From the human T2T-CHM13v2.0 reference genome, Homo sapiens, in NCBI RefSeq assembly GCF_009914755.1, contig NC_060929.1: a stretch of DNA of 64,000 nt. One strand, 5' to 3'. Under the pieces are notes generated by a model. The model saw only the letters and a list, made by a program, of their open reading frames with translations, made no database searches and was not told the DNA's origin. The translations under genes and the position numbers were made by a program. The first letter of the stretch is position 1. Each line of letters begins with the position of its first letter. Shown here piece by piece: positions 26,257-40,965 of the stretch.

Positions 26257-26480
26257 TGGAAGAGACCAAGATCCCATGTAAGCAAACAGAGGCAGAAGCC
26301 AAAGACAAGTGGGTCATGATTATGAATATGTGGTCCTGTTTGTCCACAGTGGGTGAGAGGGCTGAGGAAATGTGCTTAGAAAGATTTCAGAACAGGTACA
26401 GGAGGCTGACAAAACACTGTTTTGGAAAGACTCATCTGGCAGCACACCAAGGATGGTGGGGCACAAACAGACTTGAATCC
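26257..26480 (+). repeat. Direct repeat, copy 2 (~224 bp)
   Basis: TGGAAGAGACCAAG...CAGACTTGAATCC, same as 25091-25315. Confidence 0.95.
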
Positions 26481-28779
26481 CAGAGACGTGAAGCCCATCC
26501 GCAAAGACACTATTGTCTGGATTTGGACAGCATCACTCAGAGCAGTCTCACCCTAAAAAACCTTAGGAAACTGGACTGAGGCCGGAACTGACCAGTGAAG
26601 GGGAAGTCACCACCTTTAATCTGAGAGCAAGCAGTAAAAGAGAAGCTGGAAAATCCTTCAGTTCCACTGGCGCTGAAGTGATTGACATGACTTCACATCA
26701 CTGACTGAAGAGGTGGAATAGAAACAGGTGGAATTATCATAGACCTGGAGATAGAAGCCCAGTTTCAATGTGGGGTTGCCCACCCCGGGGACGGGGAGTG
26801 GACAGCACTCCAAGAATGGTCTGGGGTTTATGGCCTGGTTCATTCTGATGGGTTTGTGCCCTTACCGTAGAGGATGTTCATGTTTTGAGTATCACCCCTA
26901 CCCACCACCATTTAGCAGGAGTTATCACAATGATTTCCTAATCCAGAGAAAAGGCTTCTGCAATACAGAGAGAAAAGGGATTGAGATCCCAGAGGGAAGT
27001 TACTAGAACAACCAGAAAGGGAAGCTTTCTATTGGAAGCAAGGATTTCTGGACACAAAACTTTCAGTACTGAAATCAAGGAAAGTCTTGCATAAACTGGC
27101 CTAGTTGGAAGGGACCTTAGAGATCATTGCCCAACCCCCTTTTTCATAAATACAGCCCCAGAGAGGGCTCACATTCACACAGAGCCTGTGGCAAGGCTAC
27201 ACCTGGAGCCCAGGTCTCCACCTCCACCTGCAGGGCCCTTTCCCCTGGTGGTGCTTTCTTTCAGTGCCACCTTCTTCATTTCCATAATTACAACTAATTT
27301 CTTGGTACTACCCAAAGCAGGGAGTTTTCTAACATCGAATTGTTAGATAGGAGGGATGGCAATGTCTCCCACAGTCCTGTTTCCAGGTGAGGAGGGTCCT
27401 AACGGAGCCATAGCTCATCCCACAAGCCCCTGCTGCCCTGCTCAAGGCAGGCTGCACCTCCCAACTCCTTGACTTGCTCTCTGGCAGCCTCCACAGTCTC
27501 TTTGAGTAAAAGAAGGCTCTCACCGAAGCCTGAACCAGAGAGTTTGCCTCTCTCTTTTCCTTGGGCTGCAAACAGGTACAAACAAAGACCCAAAATAAAT
27601 AAAATTCTTTTTCTGTGCCACCCTTAGCACAACAGGGTGAGAGGGGAGAGAGCAAATGCTTAACTGGAAAAACTCAGGGACAAATCACCTGGAGCTCCTC
27701 CATCCACCTGCAGATGGCACCTCTGGTTTTCCTATCCTCTCACTCCTTAGAGGAGTGAGTAGTGAAGTGAGCAAATGATTTCTGACCCAGCCCTCCTGGA
27801 ACCGGTGGTCCGAGAGTGCAAGGCCCTGGTGTGAGGAGTCCCACGCATCTGGAGATGCATGCTTCCCGAAGGATGATAAGATCAGCCTGATGGACGGACA
27901 GCTACACCTCCAAAGACTTTCAAAACAAGAGCACAGAAAATGAGCAACTTCTCCTGCCTCTCCCAAGCCCCAGGCTGCCTGTTTACAAATTTTCTCTCCT
28001 CTCTCTTCTCATGCCTGAATCTGTTCAGGAATGTTACATCCCAGCCTTTCTGGGATGACTACACGTCACAGTGGCAGCCATTGTAATGCCTCACATCCCG
28101 GAATGTGGCATCCCTGAATGAGTCAGGCAGGAGTGCCGGCTGTGAGAGAGGATAGCCTGCCTCATGCTGCTTCATCCTGGGATCATGGGGCTCAGGCTAT
28201 TAGATGATGCATTTCAAGATTCCCGAAGGCAACATGCAATTTATTGTCCAGTTTGATGGAGAAAAACAGAGAAGTGGGACTACAACAATAATAATTTCAC
28301 TTTCATCACCTTCTAATTTATAAAGTCCTTTCATAGCTAGGCCCTCAATTGACTGGTACAATAAATATCCTTGTGAGGAAAGCAAGGCTGGTAAAGCGCA
28401 GAGGCTGGAAATGCCTCAGGCCTTGTGCCTGGTAAGGAGCAGACAGGACCAGCAGCTGAGATGTTGGCATCATGCAGACTTCAGGGCTCTTCCCATTGCA
28501 TGGTCCATGTCCTTCCTTCAGAAGCAGGCATGCTGCTTAGTCTGTAACGTAGACTGGCAAATGCACGGAGGTTTTTCCAAAAGGCTGAGGTAGAGGCATT
28601 GCACACAGCAGTCAGAGACACCGACGTGGGGGTTGAGTAGCCCCCAGCTGAGTCCTGGCCCTGCTTTCATTGACTTTGACCAAATGATGCTACTTAAATT
28701 CTGACCATCAGTATCTAGTTTTAAAATAGATACAATAATGTCTACATCATAGATGTTTACATTAAGAAGATAAGGTCTT

Positions 28780-29035
28780 GGAGACAGTACAGCATAGTGG
28801 CTGAGAGCTATAGCGCTGGTGTCAATAGACCTGGATTCAAACCTCAGGTTTGCCTCTTGCTAGCAATAAGTCACATCACCTCTCTGAGTTTCAGTTTCCT
28901 CATCTGTGACATGGAGATAAAACCTCTACCTGTTTCATAGGGTTGTGAGGACTAAGTGTGCTAATATATGCAAAATAGCTTATCTAAGTGCTTGGCAGGA
29001 AATAGGCACTTGATAAATACTTGCTGAATGACGAA
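28780..29035 (+). mobile_element. MIR
   Basis: CAGCATAGTGG...GACCTGGATTCAAA...CTCTGAGTTTCAGTTTCCTCATCTGT...TCATAGGGTTGTGAGGA. Confidence 0.8.
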
Positions 29036-29335
29036 CTGAAATGACTGGCAAGGCTGGGATATAAAACAAAGACTGAATAACTCCAGAGCTGGGGCTCTTA
29101 ACTTTCATGGAATGCTGGTTCTCAAACATGCCAAGCACCTCCCACCAGATAATTGGGGTGAGAGGCATTCTTGCAATAGCTGGGTAATTATCCTCAAAGC
29201 CCCTTCCAATCCTTAAGCATCCATGAGTTCACCTACTCTCTTGGATGCGTCCCAAAGGCCTTCAAAGAAGAGGAACTTGGGGAAGGAATGTAACCTCCAT
29301 AAGAGCTATGTCTCCACACAAGGGGAGAATTGGGC

Positions 29336-29337
<2 letters not shown>

Positions 29338-29386
<49 letters not shown>
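29338..29386. repeat. (AC)n microsatellite, about 24 units
   Basis: Directly visible. Confidence 0.98.
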
Positions 29387-29389
<3 letters not shown>

Positions 29390-31509
29390 GTATATCTGGC
29401 CCCATTCTACCACCAAGATGAGAGGTTTCTGTCTTAGAGACCGTAGAGAGATGCTGCTGTATGAGAACACTGAGGCCCAGAGAGGTGAAGCAATTTTCTT
29501 AAAGCTGCACAGCCAGAGAGTGGCAAAGCCAGAACTGGAATTCAAGCCTCCTGACTTCCAGCCCCAGGCTCCCTGCCACTGCCTCCCTATTTACACAGGC
29601 TTTCATAATCATTAGGGCACAGAATTAGTTCAGCACTAAGCTTTCAAAATCCACATGGTCCCTCCCATAGGTCCTCTTGAGGACAAAATCACTCAGGGAT
29701 AAAAATGTATTAAGTCTTTTGAAATGGCAGAGGAGGGTGTTCCCTCACATAAGAAATCCTGAGGACACCAGAGTTGAAATACTGATTTGATCAGCGGATC
29801 ATCTGGGCCCCATCTCTTGTGCAATTTTTGTCTTGTTTGGTATTCAGATGGTGGAAGTGTCAGGCTTCTGAGCCAATGCTCTCTGACAAGTGCATTTTAC
29901 ATGCCTCTGCAGCCCTGACCGAGGAGTGGCAGGCCTGAATCAGTTCTCACCAGAGGTTCGGAGAAATAGGTTGCTCTGATCCCCAATCAAATCTATTAGG
30001 AGTTGTCCCACCAAACAAGCCTGTGAATTCCAAACAGTGGCTACGTTCTCACTGCCCTTCCCACCTAGGTCACTGGCCTGGCTGGACGACAGATTCTGGA
30101 GCCCCAGATTGTCAGTGCTGGGCAGAGGCTCAGACATGTTTTGACGAAACTCCATACCTCTCAGCTGCAGGAACTAAGGCCCAGGAAGAGGAAGGGACTT
30201 GTCCGAGGTCACACTGTGGGCTCGAAAAGTGAGAGTTTTGTTCCTTTGGCCCACAATCTCCTTTGATCCTAAAGTGGTAGCCTGAGAAGTTCAGATAACA
30301 GAACATGTGACAAAGAAGCCAGAGCTCCAGGACAGTGAGGAGAGAGAAGAGGCACCAAGCAGCCCCTTAGTGACTGAGCTTCTAGGAGCACCTGGCACCC
30401 AGAAGTCCCTGTCCCCTGACAGTGCAGGTATCCTAGTGCCTAGAGCCAGATGCTTACATAACACGAAACCACACCTACATCAAACACACACACACCAAAA
30501 CCAGAAGTGACCTTTTCTCCTCTTCACGCCTCCCAGCATCTGAAGCTGGATCTCCTGCCCAGATATGTCAGCTGGAGAATGAACAGCTTAATTTGTGATT
30601 GGAGACATGTAAGTTAGATGCAAGGAAAGACAGTCCCAAGTTTTGGAGCTGAGTGACGTTACTAAGGAATTTCCTTCTTTAGAGAGTAGTTTAATTTCAA
30701 TGTTGGGTATGGTTATCCGAGAACATATAGTTCCAGAATTGAATAATCTATAAAGTTTGCTTGAACTGAGTCATTTGCTTCTGTTGAGATTTGAATTGGA
30801 GTCAGAGAAGTTTTTTGTTTTGGTTGCCAGGAGTGGAGTCTTACCCTAATATATAGTCCTTGGAAAGACCCACTTAGACACAAACAACAGCCACCACCCC
30901 TCCCATCCAAAAAATTAATACTTGGATGTGGGTCAAAACTGAGCACAGAATAACAAAACACGTGCTGTTTCCTAAAGTCACCTTCAGGAGCTGCTGGTAT
31001 AGGAAAACTTTTTGTCTCAAAGACAAAGAATAGCACAGGCACCTCCATGAATCAGGCTCCAGAAGCTACTACCCGTCCCCCTTCATGAATCAAGGTACGA
31101 AAACTTCAGACTTTTGTGAGAAAATGTTTTAAAACAAATCCTTGAAGTTTAAAAAGAAAAAGAAAGGTGTGCTTTTCAGAAGATTATGCAATGTTCTAAA
31201 CTACAAACAGCAGGAAAATTTTGTCCTCCCCAAACTCTAACCTGAGCATGCTTATTCTTCCTACTGTAGACTCTCCGCGATGGTAAAGGACCAACGAGGT
31301 ACTACCAGGAAAGAGTTAGATACACAGAAATCACTCAGTAAATGTTTGTGTTACAAATAAGGTCAAGAAAGTGAGCTTTTTATGCAATTTAAACTAAAAA
31401 GTCATCCTGTTCAAAGCTTGGAGAGGTGTAGGAGAAATGAATGTCTGATCTAAATTGACTTTCAACCAAGACTGAAAGTGGCTGTTACTGATCCTAAGCA
31501 CCATAACGC

Positions 31510-31755
31510 AACTAACATTTATTGAGTGCCTCCTGTATGCCAGGCACTGGGCTAAGTGCTTCATCTTGGCTACCTTATTAAATCCTCAGGATAACTCTGT
31601 GAGCAGGTAATTGTTATTAGCTCCAAATTACTGGAGAGGGAATTAAGGATTATGGAACTTGAATAACTTGCCTAGTAAGTAGCAGAGCTGCTACTCTGGG
31701 ATCAGAACCTATGCCTTCCAACTTCACAGCCTGTGTTTTTTAAACCATTATGTTC
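31510..31755 (-). mobile_element. MIR
   Basis: AACATTTATTGAGTGCCTCCTGTATGCCAGGCACTG...TAACTTGCC...GCAGAGCTG. Confidence 0.75.
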
Positions 31756-32605
31756 TACTCCCTGCCAATTTTAAAAGTCTCTTATAATTGAGTGAATTAG
31801 GGCACTGGAAGAGAGGGTTTTTTTTATTTTCACAAACTAGCAGGGACTACACTTTAAGCTCATCGTGTGTTGCTGAGTGATGAAATTTGTCTCTGAATCT
31901 GGTTCGGGGAGTGCTGGCATTCTTCATTCCACAAACATAGGTTCATTCATTCAAATCCATATCAGCACCCAGAATAGGATTTGTACTAAATATAGGGTAT
32001 GTGGAAAGAAAAGACAAAGGGGCTACCCTCAGGGATTTCCCAGTCTAGTAGAGGGAACTGACTTGTTAATCAGTTACCACCATTCCATTGGGTAGCTGTG
32101 GTTGTAGGTTTGTGTGCAAGGTCCTTTGAGGACCAGGGCCAAAGGAACAATGTAACATGGTGGTTATTTAAGTTCATAGATTCTACAGAAAATCAGGCCT
32201 GAGAGCAAATCCCGGCTCCGTCATTTAACTAGCTAGGCAAGCCGAACAAGTTCCTTAATCTTCTAAGCTTCAGTTTTTATCACTTTTTAAACGCTGACAG
32301 CAATATGGTCTATACCTCGCCCTGCTGTTATAAGAAGCCATCAAGGAAGACTAGTCTGGGAAACCAGAGATGGGTCTACACAAAACTTAGGCAGAAACGT
32401 AAGTAGGAAGTGATCGTTTCAGGAGGAAAAACTTTGGACAGAAGCAAGAAGGGGTGAATGTGCATCTGTATCTGTGTGCTCAGGGAAGAAAGTGGTTTGC
32501 TATTTCAGAAAAGAGCCAAGACAGAAGCTGGAGATGCAAGAAATGTTGCAAAAGAAAAGAAATGGAGGAGAGAGAGATTAGTGGTATCCAGTACTCCGAG
32601 CACAG

Positions 32606-32984
32606 GTATGCAAAGATATATGTGCAGGGAATTGATTGCAGTGTTGTTTGTAACAGAAATGAATGAATACATGATTGAATACATAAGTAGAAACAACCTC
32701 AACATCTAAAGGAGATTGGCTAAATAAATTATGATATAGCCACATCATCATGGAATAAAACTATTTGGATATTTGAAAAATGAGATATGTCTGTATAGAC
32801 TTACATGGAAAGACATGTGCAGCATAGTGTTAAGTAAAAACGCCAGTTGCAAAAGGGCATATTAAAATGACCTCAAATTTTTAAATACATAAGCAATGGT
32901 GTAGAAAAATTTTTACCAAACTCTTTATAGTGGTTACCTCTAGGGATTGGCATTGAGGCAAAAGGGTATTGGTGATATTTCACT
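32606..32984 (+). mobile_element. Ancient L1ME-like 3' fragment (resumes ~35162-35230)
   Basis: ATTGCAGTGTTGTTTGTAACAG...GGCTAAATAAATTATGATA...GTGGTTACCTCTAGGG; split by the younger L1PA. Confidence 0.65.
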
Positions 32985-35226
<2,242 letters not shown>

Positions 35227-36826
35227 TTATTAAATGTTAATGCCCCACAGATGTGGAATGGGATATTTTAAAAAGGAGGCGATTGGGAGGTCTTTGGCTA
35301 CTTATCAAAAAGCAGGGTCAGTGGCAAAGTGGCAGCTCGGAGAAGAGGAACACAGGAGGGAGGAGACAGTGGAGTTAGCAAATGGTGGCTCCTCTGTGCT
35401 TGTATGTCAGATGGAAGAGAGGGAGCCAGGGAAGAGAAGAGATTGAGGGGTACTGCAAAAGCCCTTGAAGGGAGGTCCAGGGAGGAGGAAGGGAAAGATA
35501 AAATCAATCCAGTGGAAGGGCACATTTAGTAGTGAAGGAAGGAAGGCAGGGAGATGGTGGATGACAGTCTTGAGAGTTCTGAGAGATTCATAGGTGGCCT
35601 CAGACTTATCAGTAAAGTGGTGAGGAGGTTATTTCCTGAGATTAGGTGATGTAGAGTGGGGTAGTGGTGGGCTTGGGCTGGAGGCTGGAGGAGATTAGAG
35701 TGTTTGACTTCTGACTGTGCTCAGAAAGTGTGGGAGGGAGTTTCTCCTCCTCATTAGCCCCCAGCCAAGGCTCTTCCCACTAGCAGAACTGGGTGATCCT
35801 CCCATTCCTGGACTCCACAGTCCAGGTTTCCAGACCTCGTTGTGCCAGCCACCTTTGGCACCCTCCAGCCACGGCTCTTTGTTTTCTATAGCATCCCTGG
35901 GGATGTGAAGGTAAGGAGGGGCAAGAGGGTGGGTGGCCTGTGGCTGCTACTGCTAACAATGCTGCTTCCGAGTATTTTGTCCCTAGTGGAATGGGACTTT
36001 TTGTTAAGGGAGGGAGACTGGGTGAGGCTCAGTAGAGTGTGCTAGAAGTGCCTGAAAGTCCTCAGAGCCCATCTTTCCTCACACCCTGGGTCAGCTGGAG
36101 ATTATCAGACCATGCATCTGGGTTTTCTGTCTGAAACTAACCAGTAACTCACTAGTATGATGATTTTATTACTGCTGAAATTGTCCTCAGGAAATGGCAT
36201 TTGGAATGTGGAAGGAGAGAAGGAGGAAAAGGAGGATGGGTAAGAAATGAGAAGAAAAAAGGAGGAGGTGAGAAGTATCAAAAAATGGGGGAGACAGAGA
36301 TTAGCAGTATCCAGTACTGCGAGCACAAATCTCAGAAGGAAGTAAAGAGGGAGAGATGATAAAACTGAATGTGTGCCCTGGAGCCAGAGGGTTTAGAGTA
36401 CAGGGTGAAGCACTTTAGTTATTTACTTTAAGCAATAAGAAGTGGTAGGAGCCTATGATTTTTGCTACTAAGGACCCATCTTCTTCCTGTCATACTTGGA
36501 GGCTGGCTCAGGAGAATGACTGACCTGCACCCAGTTCCTCCTCTGCCCTAGCCCAGGCTTCTAAGGTAGACTTATGTTTAGGAGGAGCATCCATCCGAAT
36601 TTAAAAACGTGAGTCAGGATAACTCTGCTGAACTAGACTAAAATGACATCTACACCAGATGAAATTCAGTCAGAAGCAGACCAGTACCTGGTGATGGCAA
36701 GGTTAAACCTTCTCTACTGCTGTGTTGAGATTCAGAAGGCTCTGGGCCAGCTGCAACAAGAAGAAAAGATCTAAGATACTAAGAAAAGAAGGCTTGGTAT
36801 CTAAGAATACCAGAGCTGAAAGGAAT

Positions 36827-37133
<307 letters not shown>

Positions 37134-37872
37134 TAAAGATCATCGAAACACAATTCATCCTTTCCTCCTCTGTCTCTGTAGCACTTTTTGCAGATAGCAT
37201 GATGTATTGTAATTTATTGCCATGCCTCTATCAAAAAACCATATTTTCTCCACTGCTGCATTGTCAAAGCATGGCATCTAGCACAGAACAGGTTTAGTGG
37301 ATGTCTGTGTTTGTTACCTCCTATCTTACCCTCTCATTTTACTGATGAGTAAAAAATAGTCCGAAAACCTAAAGAGACATTCCAAGCTACTAACTTCCTC
37401 AGGCTAACAATACACTGACCAAAGGCTTAGCTCAGCCTGTTGTGTTCAGGTGAAAACATGAAGGTTTTCCACAGTGTCCAGGGAGATGGAGAGAAATCAG
37501 TTCCAACACAGCATGTCCTGTGTAGAGGCAACTTGGGAGCTAGGTTTTGGAATGTAAGCTTTTGCTGAATGTTGTAAGCAGAAAAAATTTACCAGTTTCT
37601 GACTCTAACCCCATGGTAGAGTGTATGAATCACCATTTTTCAGTTTTGCATGAAGAAAAGCCCCCATCTCCTCTCTAAAGGGAGTAATGAGCCCTTTGAG
37701 TCTTCTCAGATGTGTTCAGAAAGTACCTTGAGTAAGGCTTGGTGCCAGTGCCGAGGTGAGAGGCTGAGTTGTGTATCAGGAACTAAAAAGGATGAATCTT
37801 TAGGTTAACCCTTTGTATAACAGTCTCTGGCTTTCCTCAGATGAAAACAGAGAAGGTGAACTCCTTCTGCAA

Positions 37873-38130
37873 CAGTATTTGCCAAAATGTTTTCTCAGAA
37901 CACTAGTGCCCACATATGTTCTTGGAAAGAAAAACATGGCTCTGTGGCCAAGAAAGATGGATGAATGCTACATTCTAAACTTCCTTTAGGGGACTCGCCA
38001 TGTGCATTAGCACACTAAAGGCACTGAGAAATCCTGCAGTGAGAAAACCAGTTGAACTTTGTTCAACCCAGTATTGCACAAAATTATGTCCCTAGGGAAC
38101 ACTTGTTCCATGTCACACTTAGGACAATAG
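37873..38130. mobile_element. hAT-Charlie-like DNA transposon relic
   Basis: CAGTATTTGCCAAAATGT...TGCATTAGCACACTAAAGGCACTGAGAAATCCTGCAGT resembles Charlie-family MERs; a similar relic may lie at ~21215-21410. Confidence 0.45.
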
Positions 38131-38219
38131 CTCTCAGATTTTTTTGCTCACAGTACATAAATCCTGGAAGTTGGGGCAGCATACTTGAAACCAGTGATAT
38201 GTACAATGTGCATATCTTT

Positions 38220-38740
38220 CTCTAGTCTTCTCTTCTTCTGAGCCCTCACCAGAATCACCTTTAACATTCCATTCATATCAATATAGACTTTTTCCAGGAT
38301 TAACTTCAAAACTGTTTCAGTCTCTACCCCTACCAGTTCCAAAGTTTCTTCCACATTTTCAGGTATTTGTTACTAGCAACAACGTCACCTCTCAGTACCA
38401 ATTTTCTATCTTAGTCCGTTCTGCATTGCTGTAACAGCATCTCTCAGACTGGGTAGTTTATAAAGAAAAGAAATTTATTTCTTACAGTTCTGGAGACTGG
38501 GAAGTCCAAGATTAGGCAGCCACATCTGGTTGGCTTCCGGTGGGAGTCTTTTGCTGTGTGATAACATAGCAAAAGGCATCACTGGGTGAGAGAGGCACAC
38601 TGAGAGCCAAAATGGCTTTTATAACAAACCCACTCTTGTAATACTCCATTAATCCATCCTCTCAATACTGTTATATTAGACATTAAGTTACATCAGCTCA
38701 ACATGAGTTTTAGAGGGGACAAATATTCAAACTATAGCAA
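38220..38740 (-). mobile_element. MaLR LTR (MST/MLT1A-like) with adjacent internal fragment
   Basis: CTCAGTACCAATTTTC internal/LTR junction, then TCTTAGTCCGTT...CAAACTATAGCA. Confidence 0.75.
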
Positions 38741-38741
38741 G

Positions 38742-39000
38742 TTCCTTTGACCATTTTTTAATCACATTATTTACTTTTTTGCTATTGAGTTCTAGAGATT
38801 TCTTGTATATTTTGGATATTCACCCTTTACCAGATATATGGTTCTCAAATATTTTCTTCCATTCTGTAAGTTGCCTTCTCATTTTGTTGGTTGTTTCCTT
38901 TGCTGTGCAGAAGTTTTTAGTTTGATGTAGTGTTACTCATCTGTTTTTGCTTTTGTTGCCTGTGCTTCTGGTATCATGTCCAAGAAATCATTGCCAAGGC
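38742..39000 (-). mobile_element. Old L1 ORF2 fragment
   Basis: TTTGGATATT...TTTCCTTTGCTGTGCAGAAG...AAGAAATCATTGCCAAG, antisense L1. Confidence 0.8.
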
Positions 39001-39324
39001 ATTTGTTATTTTTTTGAAGCCATCTATCAGAAAAATAAGATAACTCTTAATTAATACTCATTAGGAAAATTATGATAAATAAAAGGGCATCAGACAAAAG
39101 CAAAGGCCGATGGATCCTATTACTGGCTCTACTGTTCAATGAGCCCTGAGGCTCAATTTCCTTAGCAGTAAAAAATGGGTTAGATTCAGTACCCTTTAGA
39201 ATCCTTTCAATGCCAATATTATTCTGACTTCTAAAAGAGGCAAGAAATAATTTTAAAACTAATACGTAAAAGAGAAAGTGAAGGATTATTAACAAAATCA
39301 ATATTTAATAATTATTTATTTACC

Positions 39325-39560
39325 ATTAACATTTATTGGAAATGTTACAATGTACCAGACATTTTTCCAAGCACTTTGTATTTATTATCTATTTAGTCTT
39401 ACAGCATTCCTATAAGCTAGGTGTTATTATTACCTTGTTTTATAGATAAGGACGCTGAGGTTTAGAAAGATTAAGTGGCTTAGCCAACACAACACTGTTA
39501 GTAAGTAATGGAGCTGGGATTTTAATCCAGCTGTCTGACTCTAGAGCCACTACACTGTTG
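39325..39560 (-). mobile_element. MIR
   Basis: AACATTTTATTG...ATAGATAAGGACGCTGAGGTTTAGAAAGATTAAGTGGCTT...GGGATTT. Confidence 0.75.
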
Positions 39561-40719
39561 ATTTTCCAAAATACTAAGCTTAAAAATTTTATAACAGATG
39601 CTGGTGTGCATATCTTTTTATGATATGAAATGTGTGTGAAATACAAATCTAAGAAAGGAAATATAAACACCTAAAGGGGCAAGATTTCTAAAGGGTCAGG
39701 TTATAATAGCAAAATCAAATTGTTCAGCCAGAACACAGACGGGAATCTATTTCATGTGTGCCCCCGGAGCCTGACATGTGGATCCCAGGGTTGCTAAGTT
39801 GGCACAGCAAGTTTCCCGAGTTGGGTTCAGGAAGCAGTGAGGTAAGCTTCAGGGTGAGTCCCAGAGGGAGGAAACTGGCAGGCATCCAAGGGAAGGTGGT
39901 GTGAGCCCGACAATGGAAACTTAGAATCCTGTGTCTCTGAACTACTAGGAAACCTAGAGGTCATTCCATCAAACCTTTCACCCAAACAAGGCACTCCCTT
40001 TATAACACCCTGTGGGCGTTTATCCAGCCTTGTCCTATGGATTCCCAGAGATACAGTTTGCTCTACATATTAGACAGCCTGTTTTATTGCTGGACACCTA
40101 AAGATATTAGAAAGCTATGTTTCTTTTAATGAGACAAAATATGCCTTATGGTGATTTTTACCAAAGGTCCTCGATCTGCCTCCAAAAAACCTGAAAATGC
40201 CATTTGACCCCCTTTCCTATGACAGGAATCAGAAATTAGAAGACTAATTGAGTCTTTTATGACCAACTTAAACTTCCTTGTGACAAGTTTTGTCCCTTCA
40301 CCATCTCAGTCACCATCCTGTTGGCATTATCATATTGGCCAAGGCCTACAACTCACTGACCATGGTGTCGTTTATGGGACCTAGCCAGGGGCCTGCCACA
40401 CAGTTACAGACACAGTGTGATTATTTGAACTGAACTAAGAAACTGCAAGAGGAAAATATGGGAAAAATGGTAACCTGGGCCCTTGACAGCATTGCTTAGA
40501 CAGCATCTAGTTCTATCTCTTGATCTGGGCCCCTTTTCCAGATCCTCCATGGCAAGAGATATTTTCCCCACATGCTGAAGTTGGGGAACATTGATCGCTG
40601 CCCCAGACTTGAAAGAGGAGTTTTGGGGATCACCATTATGACATCAGTACCTAGCCAGGGCCTGGCCTACAATAGCTACCCAATAAACACTGAACAAATG
40701 AATGAGCAAGAGAAACTTA

Positions 40720-40965
40720 CGGTGCACCTACTAAGTTCCAAGTACTTAAGTATGTTCTGCTTATGGTACATATTAAGTACTTAAGGTACATACTACCTTA
40801 TTCAAACCTTACAACTTCATAATTAAAATATGAACATACCCATTTTACAGATGAGGTAACTGAGAATCTGAGAGGTTAAGAAACTTGCCCAAAGTGACTC
40901 AGTTAGTAAGTGGAAAAGCCATGATTCAAACCCAGACTTGCCTTTCTCTAAAGCCCATGCTTTTA
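40720..40965 (-). mobile_element. MIR
   Basis: CCCATTTTACAGATGAGGTAACTGAG...AACTTGCCCAAAGT...GATTCAAACCCAG core. Confidence 0.8.

Noticed and set aside
25091-26480. Direct repeats as the two LTRs of a small LTR element
   Set aside because: No TG...CA termini, TSD, primer-binding site or polypurine tract evident; copy 1 is continuous with flanking L2-like sequence.
25187-26579. Two similar peptides (RAEEMCL..FQNRYRRLTK..FGKTHLAAHQGWWGTNRLES) suggesting paralogous exons
   Set aside because: Explained by the ~225-bp DNA duplication of partly L2-like sequence; no recognisable domain or splice structure.
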